64,000 nt of DNA from an uncultured Lentisphaerales bacterium (lineage in GTDB: Bacteria; Verrucomicrobiota; Lentisphaeria; JABSQK01; UBA12247): assembly GCA_943788985.1 (NCBI GenBank), contig CALSSJ010000026.1:64001-128000 (forward strand), read 5' to 3'. This document shows positions 59,208-64,000 of this stretch, piece by piece (position 1 is the first letter of the stretch; each line of letters opens with the position of its first letter). The notes beneath the pieces were generated by a model that did not search any database, was not told the DNA's origin, and saw only the letters and a program-made list of their open reading frames with translations. A program made the translations under genes and the position numbers.

Positions 59208-62200
59208 GGTTCGTTTCCTGCTTTGCGATGGGGGGATGCGGTGGCTGCTGGCCATTGATATGCCAGTCGTGTGATGGAGTAGCCGGGGAGTAGCACGGTG
59301 CCGGTATCGGTTGGCTGTATCTGGGTCTGTTGCAGAGCAGTTTCATCCTCGAGCGCCGCTGCGAGTTGGCCCTTGGGAGACAGTTGGGTCACCTGCGTTG
59401 GGCGCAGCGTCGTTCCAGCGACGGCAAGTCCGTCGACCATTCGCGATTCGCCTCGCTTGTTCAGGATCATAACGTAGCAGGTGTGATCGCCAACAAAGGC
59501 AGCTGCTTCGAGATGCTGACCGTCGGGGCCAACCTCGATGGGGATCACCTGCTGGCTGTTACGAACGGCCTCACCAAACAGAGACAGATGGCGAAACTGC
59601 GGCGTCGGCGTATCGATGATGCCGGGGCGCAGTGGGTCGAACCGAATGCTCTGCGTGAACGAATGCCAATGCGTCATGGTGACGCTGGGCCGGGTGAGAA
59701 AGCGCAGGAGCATCAGATCACTGTGCAGACAGCCCAGATGGCTATGCCGTAAGCGATACTGCCGCAGTGCGCTGTTGGAAAAGCCGCCCATGCCATACTC
59801 GGTGACCCAGATTTCTTTGCCGGGAAAGCTGCGTTCGAGCAGGTTCAAGGCTGTGTTCAGATGCCGCTCTGCATAGCCGATGGCATTGGCGTAGGCTTCG
59901 GAAAACGGAAGCAGGTCCTTCCGCTTGACGTTGTGCTTCATGCCAGTATTGGAGTAGAGGTGGATAATTACGGCATCGTAGAAGGTCTCTTGTTCCAGCA
60001 GGGACATCCACTGTTGCTGGCGGCCTGGAAGGTGGTCTTGGCTGCCCTCCAGGAAGACTTCCATGGTGTAGATCTGACTGGGAATGACGACGCCGACTTT
60101 GGCCTCCGGGAAGATCTCGCGGATCATCGCGGTGGTCTGGCGGGCGCGGTCGACGTAGTCTTTGGCGCTCTTGAAGGCCCAGGCATATTGGGCAAAATAG
60201 AGTTCATTCCCGATTTCAATGGCTGGAATCTCACGGTCATCGGCAGCGAGCGTTTGCAGCCAGGCACGATTCTGTTCGAGGGTGCGGCAGGCGATGTTCA
60301 AGACCAGGCTGTAGCGGGCGCCAGTCTGCTCGGCGAAGGCGAAGAATGCATCCGGCGTCTTGCCGTGGCCACCACGCATGTCGCGGGTGCGTGCGTTGGC
60401 GGCCTTATAGTCATGGCGCGTCGGCGTATCCTCGTCCATGAAACCGGTTTCGGGGTGATAGAAGTTTGCGCCTGTGCCGCCGGGAAAGCGAAAGAATGGC
60501 TTGCCTGCCTCACGGTACTTCTGGGCCAGATCGGGAGTATCGAACCAGATTGGGGTCTGCGTGAGCTGGACGTTTGTGCCGAAACAATCCTGCTGCAGTG
60601 GTTGACTACGGGTGAGGTCCACCGCCAGAGCCAGCGGTCGGGCCGAACCAACGCCGGCAGCGGGCATCAGCACTGCCTTCGGTAACACCGTAGGCTGGTT
60701 CCATGCTTCCTTGCCGAAGCTGGAGGTCAGTGCGCTTTCTCGTTTCTGAGACTGGTCACTATCGTTGATGATGGTGCCAAAACCGAACACCTGGTTTGGC
60801 TCGAACGGCATCGGCTCCAAATAGCGTCTCGGAATCTTGAGTTCGTAAACCGTCGTGCCTGCAGCATGACGCATGACGACGGGGATATTGGTCTCGATTC
60901 CCGCCTTCAGGAAGCAGGATTGCCACTGCGGTACAAACTGGCGGATCACGTCTTCGCCCGCAATCGTGTAGGCGTAATCGTCGTCCATGTTCAGGTTGTT
61001 CGTGCGGGCGTCGCCGAAGGTGTCGAAGAAGAGTTGCAGCGAGTCCTTCTGATAGGCTTTCTTGTGGATCGGATTTCGGGTATGATGGTCGTCCAGGACC
61101 TCATAGGCGAGATAGAGTGCCTCGTCATCCCAGCACATCCACGAGCGCGCGGCATGGTCCGCCTCGTCCTGCCATGCCGCCGGCTCGTACTCAATCCGGT
61201 GCTCGGGTTTGAATCGATACGGCTTGTACGCCTGCCAGTCATGCAGCTTGCCGTCCAGGACGATGGCATTCGTGCGCCTGGCGCAGCCGATGATCGAAAG
61301 CTCAAGCGTGTCCTCCGCGAGCAGCTCTCCGCTCTCCCATAATTCGTAGCTGAGCACGGCTTCGTTGGCGCTGGACTTTGCGGCCAGCGGCTGCGGGAAT
61401 GAAAGTGAGAATGCCTGTTGTTCCAACGGGGGAATTTCGTAGGCGATAGTGTCTGGCTCGCCGTTGACCCGATACTGAAGTGTGCCGGAAATCTGCTGCC
61501 TGAGGTTGTTGGTGACCAGGATCTCGCCTGACGTTGGCGTGCGCACACGGGCCGCTGCCTTGATGCCGGTCTGGCGCGATAGCAGAACAGTGCCCTTGCT
61601 CAACGCAGCCGCTGTCGCCTCCAGGCTCTGGCCATGAATCAGCACCGGCATGTACCCCAGCTCGAACCGGGTGACGTTCGCTTGCTGCTGTTGGGCCAGC
61701 TCGCGGCCCATCAGGTCGGTCACGCGGATATCATCGTGTGGCAAGGCAAAGGTATATGGCTCGCGCTGCAGCATCGCCAAGGCTTCATCGTAGTCCCACA
61801 GTGCCGCCACAGCCCCGCCGTTGCCATCATCGAACAGGTAGCAGCGCGACGAATCGCTGAACGAAAATTCGCGGACGAAGGCGGCATTGCCGAGGTACCG
61901 GGCAAGCGCATGATAGGCCATCCCCGTTTCACGCGGAATGCCTTCCATGACGTCGACGCCCTGGCTGCCATGCCAGGTGACATTGGCACGGATTCGATCC
62001 GCGTACTTCAGCACAGTCAAGATGGTCCGGACATTCATCGCCACCGCCGCCTTGTACCCATGCAGGTCCAGGCTCACAGGCATGGCGTTGACGTTGCTGA
62101 AGGTCGTCGGATGCTTATACTGGTAGTAGCCCATGGCAGGCACTTGGTCGCTGATATAAAAGTGCCCCTCCGTCAGCCAGATCTCCGGAAACTGCCACCT

Positions 62201-63835
62201 ATCAGCCAGCGCGATCACCGCCTCCAAACGATTCGCCAGGCTCGGATTCTCCGGCGTCTTCTGATAAGTGTGAATCGCCAGAATATCGAAATACTCTCGC
62301 GTCCCCGATGCCAGCATTGTGTCCAGCCAGCTGCATTTTGCCGGACTGCACGCGGACGGATCCGAGGTAATGCGAATGGCATCTGGGACGGCCTTTTTCA
62401 ATTCCTCGTGCAGAATGCGGATGAACTGTTTGTGCGTGTTCGGATTGTTGATCAGCGGTGCCTTGTACCACTCCGGCTCATTGATGAACTTATAGTAGCT
62501 GAAGTGGTCATGGGTTTGAAAGTAGCGCGCGCAGCGTTCGCGCAACTCCTGCTCCAGGGCCGCATCGACTTCGGTCAGATTCTGATTGTCGCGAATCTGT
62601 TTCTTGTACCAGCGGTTGTCATCGAGCCCGCCCAGGAATCCAGGCCGCAGGATATCCTCATTCGTATAGACGTCGTATAGCCAGCGCGCATCATGCGGCT
62701 TGTTGACCCAGAACATCCCAAAGCCCAGCTGGTTCATCAGCCGGGCGTGGATCTCATGGTGGTGAGTCGGGTTCGCCCCGCCAAAGGCGAAGAGCTTGCT
62801 GTGCTTCACGTTCTTCGCATAGAGCGGCTCAATCACGGCCATACGAACATGAAGGTAATCCTGGTACAGATGGGTGCGGTCGGTAAGATCAAAGCGCAGG
62901 CCGTACAGGCCGATGTAATCGTACAACGCGTCATCCTCCAGCGGCTGGCTCAGCGACACCTGCCCGCCCGGCGGCAACGCCAACGCCGGAAACGTGAACA
63001 TACCAAGCTTATTGCGGAAGAAATCGTGAATGCTCAGGCGAACATCCGTCTCATAGGCACGCGCAGACACATTACTGACCGTGAAGGCCAGGACCTTTTT
63101 CTGCCCCTTCTCGAACACCTTCGGCGACGACATCGCGATCTCGAGATCCTTCGACACGTACGGGCCCGGGCTTTCTGCTCGTTCCATCATCAAGCCATCC
63201 AGCCAGAAATAGCACGTCTCGCGCCCGTTTACGCCCGCCGGGTCGAAATGGCGGTTCCCAGACCACATTTGCCCAATCAGCAGCGTGGCAACCGGGCTGC
63301 GTGCAGTAAAGCTGAGTGAGTAGCGCTGCCAGTCTTGGGTCAGCGAGACCCCTTGGTTGGCTTGCCACTTTCCCCAGATGTCGCTTTGAATCAGCGTCGT
63401 AATCCGATGGCCGTTAACCTCGGACTTGGCATAGAAGCTGAGGGTATAGGTCTGGCCCGGCTGGGTTTGGCTCATCAGTGCCTTGAGCATCACGCCCGGC
63501 CCATTCCAGGCCAGCACCCGCAGGCTTTGGCTGCCATGGACGCGGGTGCTCTGGTCAATGAAGAGAAAATCCCGATCCCATTGCTGCCGTGGAATCGGAC
63601 TGAACGACAGTGAACTCCAACCGTTCAGGCCCTGCTCGAAACTGGGATTGGCCAGCTTATTGCGGGTCAGCTTATAATTCGGCAGTGTCGACTGATTGTT
63701 GGCAGTAAAGGCAATCGGATCAAAGATGCCGTCGATGTTCACATGGTTGGGCTCGTCTGCGCAGGTACCTACCGCACACAGTGCCAGGCAGACGGCGGAG
63801 GCCGCGAAGATTCGTGCATACTGCGTGGGGATCAT
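59204..63835 (-). CDS. Large secreted multimodular glycoside hydrolase (CBM4/9-like, clan-A GH, CBM9-like, second clan-A GH)
   Basis: NPSFEQG...GQTYTLSFYAK...WQRYSLSF...WLDG. FINEP...AIHTY...IWLTE. IVLDGKLHDW...WDDEALYL...DSLQLFFD...YELKIP...INDSD. FRFPGGTGANFY...IEIGNE...IIHLY...IWVTEYG. Confidence 0.8.
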   Translation of the reverse strand: MIPTQYARIFAASAVCLALCAVGTCADEPNHVNIDGIFDPIAFTANNQSTLPNYKLTRNKLANPSFEQGLNGWSSLSFSPIPRQQWDRDFLFIDQSTRVHGSQSLRVLAWNGPGVMLKALMSQTQPGQTYTLSFYAKSEVNGHRITTLIQSDIWGKWQANQGVSLTQDWQRYSLSFTARSPVATLLIGQMWSGNRHFDPAGVNGRETCYFWLDGLMMERAESPGPYVSKDLEIAMSSPKVFEKGQKKVLAFTVSNVSARAYETDVRLSIHDFFRNKLGMFTFPALALPPGGQVSLSQPLEDDALYDYIGLYGLRFDLTDRTHLYQDYLHVRMAVIEPLYAKNVKHSKLFAFGGANPTHHHEIHARLMNQLGFGMFWVNKPHDARWLYDVYTNEDILRPGFLGGLDDNRWYKKQIRDNQNLTEVDAALEQELRERCARYFQTHDHFSYYKFINEPEWYKAPLINNPNTHKQFIRILHEELKKAVPDAIRITSDPSACSPAKCSWLDTMLASGTREYFDILAIHTYQKTPENPSLANRLEAVIALADRWQFPEIWLTEGHFYISDQVPAMGYYQYKHPTTFSNVNAMPVSLDLHGYKAAVAMNVRTILTVLKYADRIRANVTWHGSQGVDVMEGIPRETGMAYHALARYLGNAAFVREFSFSDSSRCYLFDDGNGGAVAALWDYDEALAMLQREPYTFALPHDDIRVTDLMGRELAQQQQANVTRFELGYMPVLIHGQSLEATAAALSKGTVLLSRQTGIKAAARVRTPTSGEILVTNNLRQQISGTLQYRVNGEPDTIAYEIPPLEQQAFSLSFPQPLAAKSSANEAVLSYELWESGELLAEDTLELSIIGCARRTNAIVLDGKLHDWQAYKPYRFKPEHRIEYEPAAWQDEADHAARSWMCWDDEALYLAYEVLDDHHTRNPIHKKAYQKDSLQLFFDTFGDARTNNLNMDDDYAYTIAGEDVIRQFVPQWQSCFLKAGIETNIPVVMRHAAGTTVYELKIPRRYLEPMPFEPNQVFGFGTIINDSDQSQKRESALTSSFGKEAWNQPTVLPKAVLMPAAGVGSARPLALAVDLTRSQPLQQDCFGTNVQLTQTPIWFDTPDLAQKYREAGKPFFRFPGGTGANFYHPETGFMDEDTPTRHDYKAANARTRDMRGGHGKTPDAFFAFAEQTGARYSLVLNIACRTLEQNRAWLQTLAADDREIPAIEIGNELYFAQYAWAFKSAKDYVDRARQTTAMIREIFPEAKVGVVIPSQIYTMEVFLEGSQDHLPGRQQQWMSLLEQETFYDAVIIHLYSNTGMKHNVKRKDLLPFSEAYANAIGYAERHLNTALNLLERSFPGKEIWVTEYGMGGFSNSALRQYRLRHSHLGCLHSDLMLLRFLTRPSVTMTHWHSFTQSIRFDPLRPGIIDTPTPQFRHLSLFGEAVRNSQQVIPIEVGPDGQHLEAAAFVGDHTCYVMILNKRGESRMVDGLAVAGTTLRPTQVTQLSPKGQLAAALEDETALQQTQIQPTDTGTVLLPGYSITRLAYQWPAATASPHRKAGNEP

Positions 63836-63836
63836 C

Positions 63837-64000
63837 TCAGTTCAGCCCCTGACAATCCCACATCGTGCCATCCGATCGACTCTCAGTCCAAGGACGTACG
63901 CCGAGATAGGAGTCACCAAAGTTAAACTTCTCTGCGTGGCCATCGCCGAACAGCCCCTGCTGGAACAGCCAGCCATGCACCCAGAAGTCGAACGACAGCC
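63837..64000 (-). CDS. 3' end of a probable prepilin/DUF1559-like protein (partial)
   Basis: ...WVHGWLFQQGLFGDGHAEK...TMWDCQGLN* has the H-Xn-DGH motif and terminal W-D, like the 46924-47775 paralog. Its stop lies immediately upstream of the CAZyme ATG (1 nt gap). Confidence 0.65.
   Translation of the reverse strand, partial: LSFDFWVHGWLFQQGLFGDGHAEKFNFGDSYLGVRPWTESRSDGTMWDCQGLN

Noticed and set aside
1..64000. CRISPR array, rRNA or tRNA genes
   Set aside because: I saw no regularly spaced 25-45-nt repeats, no cas genes and no tRNA/rRNA signatures in the intergenic regions I read. A covariance-model scan would be needed to exclude small RNAs.

Overview
This is a GC-rich bacterial chromosomal window. 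The gene content points to the PVC superphylum, most likely a Lentisphaerota-like polysaccharide degrader: many S1 sulfatases, FTLIELL prepilin/H-X9-DG proteins, and the rplY-pth-rpsF-ssb-rpsR-rplI order. That assignment is an inference. The left half (1-34.4 kb) is mostly core and envelope genes: a sulfatase, an ECF sigma/anti-sigma module, aroC, a DUF3450-ExbB-ExbB-ExbD-TonB-TPR operon, a membrane glycosylation-like operon, a ribosomal protein cluster, chaC, a Ser/Thr kinase-LamG protein, a methyltransferase, lepA, thiS, thiG and a GT9. It also has an unusual ExbB-ExbD-ExbD operon whose partners are a TolA-like small protein and a membrane-anchored DUF4159 protein rather than TonB; this is my best candidate for an undescribed system. 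The right half (34.4-64 kb) is an accessory sulfated-polysaccharide region. It has pilin-like genes heading CAZyme/sulfatase operons, a GH168-like hydrolase, a tandem double sulfatase, a sugar ABC transporter, a 1543-aa two-catalytic-domain CAZyme, an autotransporter-repeat protein, IS3 and IS256 remnants and several sulfatase pseudogene fragments. Several genes, including lepA, carry single-base homopolymer indels, and 6.35-9.13 kb is riddled with indels, which suggests long-read consensus errors. The nonsense-codon pseudogenes in the accessory region look like real decay. I found no rRNA, tRNA or CRISPR array. All family calls come from motif recognition by eye, not database searches.
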